DNA of 64,000 bases from an uncultured delta proteobacterium. GTDB taxonomy: Bacteria > Desulfobacterota > Syntrophia > Syntrophales > Smithellaceae. Both the position numbers and the translations under genes were made by a program. The notes beneath the pieces were generated by a model. The model made no database searches. It was not told the origin of the DNA and saw only the letters and a program-made list of their open reading frames with translations. Below are positions 32,722-43,024 of this stretch, piece by piece. How positions within the stretch are numbered: the stretch's first letter is position 1; each line of letters starts with the position of its first letter. Where the stretch lies: assembly GCA_963753975.1 (NCBI GenBank), contig CAVWEH010000005.1, forward strand, positions 471,287-535,286, in the 5' to 3' direction.

Positions 32722-33624
32722 TTGTCTGTCATGAGCAATAGAAAATATAGGAAAGGGGTTATCGGATCATTCATCTTATACTTCCTTTTTACCCTTACTC
32801 CGGCTTCGCCATTGTATGCAGAAAATGCGAAGCCGGAGCAGAAGCCCGTCGAACAAACACAGGAGGAAGATAAGGTGACGGGCGAACTTGATTTGAGTGT
32901 CCTTAGCGCCTATATCTGGCGCGGGTATGAGCAGACACGTGACAGCGTTGTCGTCCAGCCGGCGGCAACGGTAAGCTATAAAGGATTTTCGGTAAATGTC
33001 TGGGGAAACCTGGATACCAAACCATATTCCGCCGCTGATGCCAAGTATGGCGCTAAATACACAGAGACGGACTACACTGCTTTCTATTCTAAGAAATTTG
33101 GAATTTTGCAGGTGACTCCCGGCTATATTTACTATGCATTGGGTGCGCCTTATGCCGGTGGCACTGCTCCACTTGATTCTCAGGAGCTCTTTCTCACATT
33201 GGGGTTAGATACAATTTTATCGCCGACACTGACTGCCTATAAGGAAATTGATCATTACCGTCAGTGGTATTTTTTGCTGGGGGTTTCCCATACCATCGAA
33301 TTCAATAAAATCGTCAGTTTAAAACTAGCGGCTTCGGCAAGTTACCTGCTTTCTACCGATGAAACGACTTATGCAAAATATGACAGCAATTCTTTACCCA
33401 CAACGGATAAGTACAATAATTTTCACGATGGAACAGTTTCCGCTTCGCTGCCCATAGCAGTTTATAAGACATTATCGGTCACGCCAACGATATCTTATGT
33501 TTTTCCTCTTTGCGATGATGCCAGATATGAAATGAAAGGGCGTGGCCTGCAAGGCGTTACCAATCCATCCGATAGGAATAGTTCATTCCTCTATGGAGGT
33601 GTAACGTTCAGTTTTAGTTTTTGA
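32722..33624 (+). CDS. Predicted outer-membrane beta-barrel protein
   Basis: It has a signal peptide, an alternating amphipathic pattern and a C-terminal aromatic F (..GGVTFSFSF). Confidence 0.6.
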   Translation: MSVMSNRKYRKGVIGSFILYFLFTLTPASPLYAENAKPEQKPVEQTQEEDKVTGELDLSVLSAYIWRGYEQTRDSVVVQPAATVSYKGFSVNVWGNLDTKPYSAADAKYGAKYTETDYTAFYSKKFGILQVTPGYIYYALGAPYAGGTAPLDSQELFLTLGLDTILSPTLTAYKEIDHYRQWYFLLGVSHTIEFNKIVSLKLAASASYLLSTDETTYAKYDSNSLPTTDKYNNFHDGTVSASLPIAVYKTLSVTPTISYVFPLCDDARYEMKGRGLQGVTNPSDRNSSFLYGGVTFSFSF

Positions 33625-33719
33625 ACATATCTTGGATAAAACCGGACGGAAGCGATAATAGTTCATCCCCCGTGCGGAATTATTTACTTCCATGTATATT
33701 TGATATAAAAGAAGGCTGT

Positions 33720-34091
33720 ATGAAGAATTTTATTTTCTTTCTTTTATTATTTGCGTCCTCGACTTCATCTTGCTTTGCGGAAGAATCAAAAAATCCCAAA
33801 GTAATTAAAGTGCAAGTGGGGCATAATATCACCATTATTCTGAAATCCAACCCGACAACCGGCTACCAATGGCAATTCGCCAACCCGCTGGACGAAAGCA
33901 CTCTGAAATTAATAAGCTCAGAATATTTGGCGGATAAAACCGAACTTGTCGGCGTAGGCGGAAAACAAGTCTGGCGCTTTAGAGCGCTGAAGCCGGGTGA
34001 GACTAGTATTTCTTTCAAATATGTGCGTCCCTGGGAGAAAAACACTCCGCCGCGAAATGCGGAATCCTATCTGGTGATCATAAAACAGTAG
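33720..34091 (+). CDS. Chagasin-family (I42) cysteine-peptidase inhibitor, secreted
   Basis: It has a signal peptide plus the three chagasin motifs NPTTGYQW, GVGG and RPW. Confidence 0.7.
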   Translation: MKNFIFFLLLFASSTSSCFAEESKNPKVIKVQVGHNITIILKSNPTTGYQWQFANPLDESTLKLISSEYLADKTELVGVGGKQVWRFRALKPGETSISFKYVRPWEKNTPPRNAESYLVIIKQ

Positions 34092-34211
34092 TCAATATAA
34101 TCTCGCAAATTTTCTTAGCCGCTAACAAGAAAGGTGGAGGCGGTGCTAAGCGTAAGCAGATCGACACCAAGGATTATCTTCGTTTTTTCCCACATCAATT
34201 TATTTTAATTA

Positions 34212-34517
34212 TTAACCCTTTTCAACAAGATATTCCTCAAAAAACTCTTTATGCCAATTAAGCTGCGTTCCCGCGGACTGCAATGAAGCAATAAGTATAG
34301 CTTCCGCTATTTCTTGTTTTGTAGCGCCCGCTTTCAGCGCGTCTTTAATATGATGTTCTGTGCAGTGTTTGCATCGAAACACGGAGGCTATTGCTAACCG
34401 GAGGAGCTCTTTTGTTTTTGCATCCAGAACAGTCTTCTGTTTAGCAACATTGGAAAAATGCTGGTAAGCGGCACCCAAAGGCGATTGCTTTAAATACCAT
34501 GGACTTTCATTACTCAT
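34212..34517 (-). CDS. Carboxymuconolactone decarboxylase/AhpD-like protein
   Basis: It carries the CKHCTEHH (CxxC..H) AhpD-core motif and a GGAGG Shine-Dalgarno. Confidence 0.75.
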   Translation of the reverse strand: MSNESPWYLKQSPLGAAYQHFSNVAKQKTVLDAKTKELLRLAIASVFRCKHCTEHHIKDALKAGATKQEIAEAILIASLQSAGTQLNWHKEFFEEYLVEKG

Positions 34518-34631
34518 TTTATTCCTCCTTATTATTTTTTAATTACAACTAAAAAATTCTAAACAACCTGCAACATCTGCTCTTACTGGGAGTACCGATT
34601 TCAGTTGTGCGAATTGTACGACAGCATATTA

Positions 34632-35042
34632 TTAGCCGCTTTTACCAAACGGCCGCGGACGAATAATAAACCAGCTTCCAATCACCGCGAGACCAAATAC
34701 TGTGTAGCATAAGGTAAATATCCACCAGGGAGCTTCATAGTAGAGAAGCACGCCGAGCCAATGCGCCACAAAGCTTCCTGTATAAACGGCATCGCCGGTT
34801 CGCTGCCGAAGAGCATTTTCCAAGATAGTAAGCGGACACAACATTCCCCACCAGGTTTGTGCGACAACTATTCCAATAGCTAAGAGATGGGCCAATCTGA
34901 ACCACGGATTTCTGATCCAGCGCCACCCGCGAAAACCACCCCATAAAATCAGCACCAGCCCAAAAACGACAAACATGACGAATGACGTGTGTAGTAGCAG
35001 CACTAAATCCGATAAGACACGAAACAAAACATTTTCACTCAT
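34632..35042 (-). CDS. Small integral membrane protein (DUF2784-like)
   Basis: It has four predicted TM helices and is Trp-rich. Confidence 0.5.
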   Translation of the reverse strand: MSENVLFRVLSDLVLLLHTSFVMFVVFGLVLILWGGFRGWRWIRNPWFRLAHLLAIGIVVAQTWWGMLCPLTILENALRQRTGDAVYTGSFVAHWLGVLLYYEAPWWIFTLCYTVFGLAVIGSWFIIRPRPFGKSG

Positions 35043-35195
35043 CCATGCTACCTAAAATTTTTTATATAGCTCGATATAACATTCACACAAAGCATACTTT
35101 ATATTTACCTACTCCCTTTATCTTATATCGAAATCTAACTGCTCAAATTAGATTTAATCACGGCTATTAATCTCAAAGCAAAGTACCCTCCGCTT

Positions 35196-35325
35196 TGCGG
35201 GATAATTCGACCTGCAAGCTTCAGCGGTGACGTGACCTTTAGGTTATGCATCCTGTTTCTGAAACTTGGGTCTCATTACAACTTACCAATTTCGATGCGC
35301 TTCGCTTTCGGAATTGGAGTTTCAC
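35196..35325. repeat. Copy A of the intergenic repeat family
   Basis: It is about 90% identical to copy B over roughly 95 nt (GGGATAATTCGACCTGCAAGCTTCAGCGGTGACGTGACC..TGTTTCTGAAACTTGGGTCTCATTACAA). It is flanked by the related direct repeats CGCTTTGCGGGATAATTCGAC and CGCTTTCGGAATTGGAG. Confidence 0.5.
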
Positions 35326-36181
35326 TAATGAAATTCAATATAAGAGGCCAAATTTCCTTTTGAGAATCATGGCTGGCTATCAGCCGCGGATGATTATAAT
35401 CCTCGGCAAAACCATTTTTTTTAGAGCAGAGAATAAATTTCTTGTTTCTGCTATTCAATGCTTTGAACAAATCATAACATCCCGCGGGAGGAGCAATTTT
35501 ATCTCCGCCCCCGGCAATACAAAGTGCCGGTATGGAAATTTTTTGAAGAGCTTCTAAATAATCGAATTTATCTTTTCCCAGCCACCTCCCTGTCCAATTC
35601 CACTTACACCATTGCTGCATAAAGCCCATGCGTTCATTTTCCGGACCTAATCCAAAAAGGGGACCGGGCATTTGACCAAACAGACGCATGATAATCATGA
35701 TCAGTATTAAACTGATTTTTTGGAAAAACGTTTTACCCGCGCCTGTTGTTTGAGAGCCGAGAGCGACAAGAATTTGAATTTCTTTTTGCCTATCGACATC
35801 CCTGGCTATGTACATCAGCGGCAAAAATCCCCCGCTGCTATGGCCAACCCAAATACATGCTTTATGTTTCGTTTCCGCTTGTACTGCTTTCAGAACAGAG
35901 GGGATGTCGCAAAGCGCATAATCTTCCGCATCGGGAGTCAAATCCCCGAATTCACTTTGGCCGTGGCCGCTATATTCATAAATCCAGCAATCAAAACCTT
36001 CTTTGTTCAGAAATTGAGCCAGCTCCTGACAGATGGACGCGTTGGAAAACGTGCCATGAGTCATAACAACAGGAGGATAATTTGATGTTTTATTCGGAAA
36101 TCTATATAAGGCAAGCTTACTGTTTTTTGCGCTCTCAACAAAGGAAGGCTCGGGTAAAGAATTGTTATATTTATAGGCCAT
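35276..36181 (-). CDS. Alpha/beta-hydrolase fold enzyme
   Basis: It has a GHSSGG nucleophile elbow and is about 300 aa. Confidence 0.8.
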   Translation of the reverse strand: MAYKYNNSLPEPSFVESAKNSKLALYRFPNKTSNYPPVVMTHGTFSNASICQELAQFLNKEGFDCWIYEYSGHGQSEFGDLTPDAEDYALCDIPSVLKAVQAETKHKACIWVGHSSGGFLPLMYIARDVDRQKEIQILVALGSQTTGAGKTFFQKISLILIMIIMRLFGQMPGPLFGLGPENERMGFMQQWCKWNWTGRWLGKDKFDYLEALQKISIPALCIAGGGDKIAPPAGCYDLFKALNSRNKKFILCSKKNGFAEDYNHPRLIASHDSQKEIWPLILNFISETPIPKAKRIEIGKL

Positions 36182-36296
36182 AAGAATTAGCGAAACATAG
36201 TGAGGCGGTTCAAGCTATGTATGCACCTGTTTTCTTTATTTGCATTTCCTTTTTTGTGAGCGATGTTTTCGTTTTCAGGGCATGAGAAAACGATAA

Positions 36297-36857
36297 TTAA
36301 ATCTTGCTTCCAGCGATATATTTATACAACCGCTCTGCGTGCTCTTTGGCCCGCTGCTCCACTTCTTCCTTTTTATTATAGACGCCCGGAACGTAAATCA
36401 TATTATAAGATACAAGAGGAGTGTTGTATTTCATGCCGGTGAGGTTTGTCATTTGCTGCAAAGGTTTCAGAAGCTCGTTAATCGGGAAGTTGTTGTAGCC
36501 GCCCGCTTTATAAGCATCTTCCGACCCTCCTACGGTTGTGGATACGAGAAACTGCTTTCCTTTTAATTTATTTCCCGTAGAACCAAAGGCAAAGCCGTAG
36601 GTGAAGGCTTGATCTATCCATTCTTTGAGAATGCCGGGCACGCCATACCAGTAGAAAGGAAATTGAAAAATAATCGATTCCGCTTCGATAAGAGCCGCCT
36701 GCTCAGTTTCGATGTTAACTTTGAAGGATGGGTACTCCTGATAAAGATCCTTGATTTTCACGCATTCGAGAGTCTTGACCTTTTCAATAATTATTTTGTT
36801 GGCAATGGATTTTTTCTCCATACTGGGATGGGCCAGTACGACAAGCGTCTTTTTCAT
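36297..36857 (-). CDS. Flavodoxin-like NAD(P)H-dependent oxidoreductase (KefG/MdaB-like)
   Basis: It has the MKKTLVVLAHP...FQFPFYWYG signature. Confidence 0.8.
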   Translation of the reverse strand: MKKTLVVLAHPSMEKKSIANKIIIEKVKTLECVKIKDLYQEYPSFKVNIETEQAALIEAESIIFQFPFYWYGVPGILKEWIDQAFTYGFAFGSTGNKLKGKQFLVSTTVGGSEDAYKAGGYNNFPINELLKPLQQMTNLTGMKYNTPLVSYNMIYVPGVYNKKEEVEQRAKEHAERLYKYIAGSKI

Positions 36858-36991
36858 AAAATTTCTCCCTTATGGCTATTTAACCAAGGTTTACGGAAGC
36901 TGTGTTTTAGTGCTTCGATGGATAGCTTGGCTTCTTGCATGTGCCTTTTTTGCCCTTCTCAAACTCTCGATTCGGTTATCCGCTATCCTTT

Positions 36992-37225
36992 TTATTTAAA
37001 TGGGTTATACCCTGGTTTCTTGTATAACTTTTCCTGCTTATCAAGGATATCCGGCCTATAGACTTCTTCCGCCCAAATCTCTGGTTTGATTTCCTCGATA
37101 GCTACTGAAACTGATTTTTCTTCGCACTTCATGATGGCGACAACATCTTTAACTATTGCTTCGGCAAGTTGAGTTTTCTGCTGTTCTGATCTTCCCGGAT
37201 ATAGCTTTATGATAACATGAGGCAT
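36992..37225 (-). CDS. Tautomerase (4-oxalocrotonate tautomerase family)
   Basis: The product starts MPHVIIKLYPGRS with Pro1 after Met and is of short length. Confidence 0.7.
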   Translation of the reverse strand: MPHVIIKLYPGRSEQQKTQLAEAIVKDVVAIMKCEEKSVSVAIEEIKPEIWAEEVYRPDILDKQEKLYKKPGYNPFK

Positions 37226-37392
37226 CATTTCCTCCTTCAATTCATCACATAACAATACTTATATAGTCTGTCTGTATAAATCGGGAAACATAGACTGTTA
37301 CTTTTTTTATAAGACCTTCCCGTGTCTTCCCCTTTATTTATGAATATACAAATAATATTAATATGTTACACAGAAAGAGGAGCGCTTTGCTT

Positions 37393-38058
37393 TCACTTTT
37401 TCAACAATTCTAGCCGTTCTTTGATACTTTCTGCTTTGGCTGTGTCCCCGCGGTTGAGGTAATATTTTTGCAGTTTGTTTAAATAAGCCCAGAGCGGCCG
37501 CTTCCAGCCGTTATCGGAGGAAGTATTTATGGCAATCTGTAAAATATTTTCATCGTAGGGCAAATATTTTACCCAGATGCCGCAGGCAATCAAACGGGAA
37601 AGAGGATCAGCGATGGAAGGAATTTCCTGGAGAGCTTTGGCCAAATCTTTATTCCGGACGAACTGGATAAAGCTTAAATATTGGGAAGGCAGTAGATTAT
37701 CTTCTACAACAGTAAAATTTCCTTTCAAAAAATTATAATAAGCGAAATTAGAGGCAATGGGATGGAGTTTATTAATTCGGACAAATTCGCTGTCGTCAAA
37801 ATCTTCCAGCGCTGCTGTATGCAAGGCATACTTGTTCAAATAAATTCTGGCTAAGAAATTTAAATCGTTGTCGCCGGATGCAGCTTTTCTTGCTTTATCA
37901 AAATGAGGCTCTGCAACATCTTCTTTCCCGTTTAAAAAATTAACTTTATAATTTTCCAACTGTCGGAAAGAGGCATCTTTCCATTCAGGGATATGTTTTT
38001 GGTTCAAGCCGCAGGAACAAATAAATATTACGATTGCTGCAGTTAAAATTTTTCTCAT
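37393..38058 (-). CDS. Lipoprotein of unknown function
   Basis: It has a signal peptide with a lipobox (IFICSCG). Confidence 0.6.
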   Translation of the reverse strand: MRKILTAAIVIFICSCGLNQKHIPEWKDASFRQLENYKVNFLNGKEDVAEPHFDKARKAASGDNDLNFLARIYLNKYALHTAALEDFDDSEFVRINKLHPIASNFAYYNFLKGNFTVVEDNLLPSQYLSFIQFVRNKDLAKALQEIPSIADPLSRLIACGIWVKYLPYDENILQIAINTSSDNGWKRPLWAYLNKLQKYYLNRGDTAKAESIKERLELLKK

Positions 38059-38237
38059 GGCACTTTTATCGCCGGTCCTTTTTTCTGGGAAAGAATTGCA
38101 TCAATTTCTCTGGCTACATCGTCCAAGATTTTAACCGTGTCGTCTATATCCGAGCGCGGTGTCCGAAAATCCTTATGCCTTCCGATACCTCTTTGCTTAT
38201 CTTGTAAGATGATTAATCCTAGCACATGATTATCCAA
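38055..38237 (-). CDS. Possible small protein of 60 aa
   Basis: The only support is a stop/start overlap (ATGA) with the downstream lipoprotein gene. Confidence 0.25.
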   Translation of the reverse strand: MDNHVLGLIILQDKQRGIGRHKDFRTPRSDIDDTVKILDDVAREIDAILSQKKGPAIKVP

Positions 38238-38371
38238 ACTTCAAACCGCCAATACCAATATTTCATTGACAAATACAAGACAATCGGTATATTGACCGGC
38301 GATACGCGAAGATAAAGTCTTTAGCGCGGCATTCATGACCGCAATTTTTTACCGACAAAGCGGAGGATTAT

Positions 38372-39835
38372 ATGAAAAGTCAGAATCGAAAAACTTTTTT
38401 CATGTTCTTAATGGCGTTTTTGATCGCCTTTTTTATTGTTTCTCTGGTGGAAGTTCTACGTTCTTCCTTTATGCCTTCAGGAGCGCCGGAAGTTCAAACG
38501 GCTTCGGCAATTTCTTCTTCTGAATCATTAAAAGTTCCTTTTTCTTTTTCCGATCTGGCCGAGCGTGTTAAACCCGCGGTAGTGAACGTCAGCACGACAA
38601 AAACATACAAGGGCCAGGGCGGTTTTGGTTCGCCTTTTGGGCGGTCACCTTTTGGCGACGATTTCTTTGATCGCTTTTTCGGCGATATTCCCCAACGTGA
38701 CTTTAAGCAGAGAAGCCTTGGTTCGGGATTCATTATCAGCAGTGACGGATATATTTTCACCAATAATCACGTGGTAGAAAAAGCCGACAAGATTGTGGTA
38801 AAAGTCTCCGACGGGAATGAATATCAGGCAAAAATTATCGGCACCGATATTAAAACAGACATCGCCTTAATCAAAATCAAACCCAGCAACAGTTTGCCGG
38901 TTGTAGAAATCGGGGATTCCGACAAAGTAAAAGTAGGTGAGTGGGTCATTGCCATCGGCAATCCTTTCGGTTTGGAGCAAACAGTTACTGCCGGTATCGT
39001 CAGTGCCAAGGGACGCGTTATCGGAGCAGGACCTTATGATAATTTTATCCAAACTGATGCATCTATTAATCCGGGCAACAGTGGCGGGCCATTATTTAAC
39101 ATGGAAGGAAAAGTCATCGGCATCAACACGGCTATTGTAGCTCAAGGTCAGGGTATTGGCTTTGCCATCCCGATAAATATGGCAAAAAGTATTCTGGGTG
39201 ATTTGAAAACCAAGGGTAAAGTGACCCGCGGATGGCTGGGCATTTCCGTGCAGGATATTACAGATGAAATCGCAAAAAATCTGAACCACAAAGACAAAAG
39301 CGGAGCTTTAGTATCCGATGTTTTTAAAGGCGATCCGGCGGATAAAGCGGGAATCAAAGCAGGCGACATAGTGACAGAGATCAACGGGAAGCCGATTAAA
39401 GACACTCATGATCTGCTCCTGACAATTGCCGAAATGCACGTTGGCGAAAAAGCATCGATTAAGGCATTGCGCGATGGCAAGGAAATGACGTTTCAAGTCG
39501 TGGTGGCGGAGCGCAAGGATAAAGCAGAAATGGCATCGGCAAGGGAATCAAAAGGATATTTTGGAATTGCCGCCCAGGAAATAACTGCGGAAATCTCTCG
39601 CCAGTTAGGAATCCCCCGTGAAGCCGGTGTAATAGTCACTGATGTAGCCAATGGCAGTCCGGCCGACGAGGTCGGCATTCAGCCGCAAGATATAATCATC
39701 CAAGTAAACAAAGTAAAAGTCGCATCAATAAAAGAATATAACAAGGAAATGAAGAAGGCTGCCGACAAGAAGAGTGTGACGCTTTGGATTATGCGCGGCA
39801 AATCAAAATTCTTTGTATCAATGAGTATAGATTAA
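38372..39835 (+). CDS. htrA: Periplasmic serine endoprotease DegP/HtrA with two PDZ domains
   Basis: It has the catalytic triad context (..TNNHVV.., D.., GNSGGPLFN) and two PDZ repeats. Confidence 0.95.
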   Translation: MKSQNRKTFFMFLMAFLIAFFIVSLVEVLRSSFMPSGAPEVQTASAISSSESLKVPFSFSDLAERVKPAVVNVSTTKTYKGQGGFGSPFGRSPFGDDFFDRFFGDIPQRDFKQRSLGSGFIISSDGYIFTNNHVVEKADKIVVKVSDGNEYQAKIIGTDIKTDIALIKIKPSNSLPVVEIGDSDKVKVGEWVIAIGNPFGLEQTVTAGIVSAKGRVIGAGPYDNFIQTDASINPGNSGGPLFNMEGKVIGINTAIVAQGQGIGFAIPINMAKSILGDLKTKGKVTRGWLGISVQDITDEIAKNLNHKDKSGALVSDVFKGDPADKAGIKAGDIVTEINGKPIKDTHDLLLTIAEMHVGEKASIKALRDGKEMTFQVVVAERKDKAEMASARESKGYFGIAAQEITAEISRQLGIPREAGVIVTDVANGSPADEVGIQPQDIIIQVNKVKVASIKEYNKEMKKAADKKSVTLWIMRGKSKFFVSMSID

Positions 39836-39860
39836 ATGAGAAATGACTTCATCTTCATAA

Positions 39861-39900
39861 AAAAGGCAGGCTATCGTAGCCTGCCTTTTTTATTTTCTGT
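39861..39900. terminator. Bidirectional Rho-independent terminator between the convergent htrA and acd genes
   Basis: GGCAGGCTA-tcg-TAGCCTGCC is followed by TTTTTTATTTT on the + strand and preceded by AAAAAA. Confidence 0.8.
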
Positions 39901-40019
39901 AATATAGGCCCGGGAATAAAAAATGTTTCACGTGAAACATTGCCGTTAAGTTGAACGGAGATTGTACAAGCATGACCAATGTGCGTTGGCGAATTTAATC
40001 TTGCCGGGGCAATTATCTC

Positions 40020-42230
40020 TTACCCTTTCAGCCACCGGGCATATTTATACATTTTACCCAAGGCTTTAACGGCCCGCTCCGGAGTAATAAAGTTTACTCC
40101 TTTATATTTGCAGCCCTCAACTTCAGTGATGGTCCGCGTTTTATCATCATTCAACAAATAAACCCCTATTACCGGTTTATCATATTTCTCCATTAGTCTT
40201 ACCGTGCGTTCGACAAACTGTTTTTCGAAATTATCCAGAAACGACAAAGAATCCTCGACAAATTTATCATCATATTTTTTATCTAAAGCAACCGTGGATT
40301 CCAGCACGGCTTTGATCATTATTCTTCTGCCGATCATACCCATGTGGATTACCGCGTCGCAACCATCCCACTGAAGAAGCTCCTCGAGAATGGTCATATG
40401 CAATTCGGTATTCATTTCCGCCACAAGATCTATCGGATTGGCATGGCTCCAAAACGGTGGCAGCAATTTATTAATGCGAGAAATTACATCCCCGGATAAT
40501 TTTGGCACTTCCAAATCATTCTCTATGCATAAATCTGAGGCGACAACGCCCCATCCCCCTCCCAAGGTCATAATGCCGATCCCTTTCCCTTGGGGAAGTG
40601 GTAACGAAGAAAACGCAGCGGAAAGATCCAGTAAGTCCATGGGCTGTTCAACCAATATAATTCCTGCCTGCCGGCACGCTGCTTTAAATACTTTTACATT
40701 GGAAGCCAGGGCTCCCGTGTGGCTGGCTGCTGCATGGGCGCCTGCTTCCGTACGCCCGCCTTTTAAAGCAATAATCGGTTTTTTTCTGCCAACTCGTTTT
40801 GCCGCTTCAAAAAATCTTCGGCCGTTTTTAATACTTTCTATATATAAAACTACCGTCTTGGTCAGTTCATCAACTTCAAATCCCTCCATAGCATCTTCAA
40901 TTGTTATCATTGCTTCATTGCCCGAACCGCCGAACGCGCGGATGCCAATCCCTTCCTTTTCAGCAAAAGCCAATAGCTGTGTTCCCAGATTACCTGATTG
41001 CGTGACCAAAATAGTACTTCCCGCTTTTGGTCGCACATGTGTGCCTGTGCAATAAAGGGATATGTAGGGATTGCATATCCCCATTGTGTTGGGGCCGAGA
41101 ATTAGAATTCCTGCTTCCCTCGCCTGCCTTACCAACTCATCTTCCAGGGCTTTGCCTTCCGCACCTATTTCAGCAAAACCCGACGAGATAAGTAATACAT
41201 TTTTTATTTTCTTTATCTTCAGTTCAGGTATTAAGGATAAGACTCTGCTTGCCGGAATTGTAATAACAGCAAGGTCAACCGGATCGGGTATTTCGGTTAC
41301 AGATTTAAATACATGCCTTCCGATAATTTCTCCGCCTTTGGAATTCACCAAGTAGATTCTCCCTTGGTATTTTCCCGCGAGAACATTAGTGAACATTAAT
41401 TGCCCCCATTTGCTGATCTCTGCGGAAGCGCCAATAAATGCAATTGATTTCGGATAAAATAAATGTCCTATTGCCTTAGGTTCTATGGCAACAGGAGTTA
41501 CTTTTTTATCGGGTACCTTCCCCAAAACTATAAGGGCGTCAACCGCCGTTACTTTGCCATCGGCAGTAACTAATAATGGATTAATATCAATTTCTCTTAT
41601 TTCGGGTATCTCTGTTCCAATTTTTGACAACCCCGCGATTGTTTTGATAAGCGCTTCTTTGTCCGCAGCTTTCTCCCCGCGAAACGCTCCCAGCAATTTT
41701 TGGGCATCTAATTCTCCGATCATTCTTCTTGCGTCATTTTCATCAAGAGGGGCAATGGAAAAAACAACGTCTCCGATTGCTTCGGTAAAAATTCCACCCA
41801 ATCCGAACATCACCGTAGGACCAAACTGATCATCATGAAAAAGCCCTGCAACAAATTCTCTTTTACCCTTCAACATCGGTTGGATTAGGAAGCCTTCTAA
41901 ATCACTTCCCGCCGCATCTTTTATATATAGCGCGGCAGCGTGCATATCTTCCTTATTCTTTAGGTTCAGCTTCACCAGGCCTCTTTCCGTTTTGTGTGTA
42001 AGACGAGAGCCTAAACCTTTTAAAACAAGCGGATAACCTGTTTTTTCCGCCATGCTTTCTGCTTCTTCTATGGACTTAGCAATTTTTTCCTCCACAACCG
42101 GAACACCATATTTTTTTAACACTTCTTTAGCTTCCGCTTCTGTTAGCGTCGATCTTCCCTGGGACTTTGCTCTATTAATTATATCCAACTTCTTCCCTCC
42201 AAATAGACTGGTAAACAGATTCCTTTGCAA
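40020..42230 (-). CDS. Acetyl-CoA synthetase (ADP-forming), fused alpha/beta subunits (NDP-forming acyl-CoA synthetase)
   Basis: The 736 aa product combines an ATP-grasp domain with CoA-binding and SCS-like ligase domains. Confidence 0.9.
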   Translation of the reverse strand: MQRNLFTSLFGGKKLDIINRAKSQGRSTLTEAEAKEVLKKYGVPVVEEKIAKSIEEAESMAEKTGYPLVLKGLGSRLTHKTERGLVKLNLKNKEDMHAAALYIKDAAGSDLEGFLIQPMLKGKREFVAGLFHDDQFGPTVMFGLGGIFTEAIGDVVFSIAPLDENDARRMIGELDAQKLLGAFRGEKAADKEALIKTIAGLSKIGTEIPEIREIDINPLLVTADGKVTAVDALIVLGKVPDKKVTPVAIEPKAIGHLFYPKSIAFIGASAEISKWGQLMFTNVLAGKYQGRIYLVNSKGGEIIGRHVFKSVTEIPDPVDLAVITIPASRVLSLIPELKIKKIKNVLLISSGFAEIGAEGKALEDELVRQAREAGILILGPNTMGICNPYISLYCTGTHVRPKAGSTILVTQSGNLGTQLLAFAEKEGIGIRAFGGSGNEAMITIEDAMEGFEVDELTKTVVLYIESIKNGRRFFEAAKRVGRKKPIIALKGGRTEAGAHAAASHTGALASNVKVFKAACRQAGIILVEQPMDLLDLSAAFSSLPLPQGKGIGIMTLGGGWGVVASDLCIENDLEVPKLSGDVISRINKLLPPFWSHANPIDLVAEMNTELHMTILEELLQWDGCDAVIHMGMIGRRIMIKAVLESTVALDKKYDDKFVEDSLSFLDNFEKQFVERTVRLMEKYDKPVIGVYLLNDDKTRTITEVEGCKYKGVNFITPERAVKALGKMYKYARWLKG

Positions 42231-42487
42231 CGATATATTTAAATTATATTAATTATATTAGATGCTTATGCCATATACGGCTTGCCGCTCTGACTTCTAG
42301 TCATTAACACATGTTGCCTGATAATGCAACCATCTTCTTTCCGTGTCAATTTAATTTCCGTATTTACAAAACACATTTTTCTTCTTGACGAAACCATTTT
42401 GCACCAATACATTTATATAGAAAAATAATTGTGCTTTTACTAAAAATATAAAAGGACATTTTCTGATTTCTTTATTGCGGATACTCT

Positions 42488-42997
42488 ATGGCTGAAGATG
42501 AAATCAAACAAATTATGATTAACGGCCGTTTGGTTGGTATTCTCGGCTTAGAGGATTCAATAAAGAAAATAGCTAAAAACTATAAAGGTAAAAGCGATGA
42601 AGAAATCAAAAAAAACTTGCTGCAAGAGATTTCCGCTGACAATTATGTGCCTACGGCTGCAATAGCTGCTTATGGGCAGGCACTTTTGCGCGAATTTAAG
42701 ATAGCGCAAAGATTGCCTGTTGCTGAAGAAAATATGCCTGGACTTAATATAGCAGTTTTGGGGATGGGTTGCTCGCGCTGCAATCAATTGGAAGATGATG
42801 TCCGCAATTTACTTTCGGAAATGAAAATTGCCGCCAATCTGACTCATATTAGCGACTTTAAGGAAATAGCGCGTTATGGAGTCCTAGGTTCTCCGGCACT
42901 GGTAATAAATAATGAGGTCGTCTCCGCAGGCGAAATACCGCCCAAAAGCAAAATCCGTCAGTGGATAATCGATGCATGTAATCGACCGAATAAATAA
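42488..42997 (+). CDS. Thioredoxin-fold protein (redox-active disulfide protein 2-like) with an N-terminal extension
   Basis: The C-terminal half has the GCSRC CxxC motif in a Thioredoxin_3-like context. Confidence 0.6.
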   Translation: MAEDEIKQIMINGRLVGILGLEDSIKKIAKNYKGKSDEEIKKNLLQEISADNYVPTAAIAAYGQALLREFKIAQRLPVAEENMPGLNIAVLGMGCSRCNQLEDDVRNLLSEMKIAANLTHISDFKEIARYGVLGSPALVINNEVVSAGEIPPKSKIRQWIIDACNRPNK

Positions 42998-43024
42998 TAT
43001 TAAAATATTCTGCATAATTTAAAA

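Noticed and set aside
36265-36290. A CGTTTTC..GAAAACG hairpin after the oxidoreductase gene
   Set aside because: There is no U tract on the transcribed (minus) strand.
40390-41829. Several plus-strand ORFs
   Set aside because: They are antisense inside the acetyl-CoA synthetase gene and are proline/serine-rich low-complexity translations.
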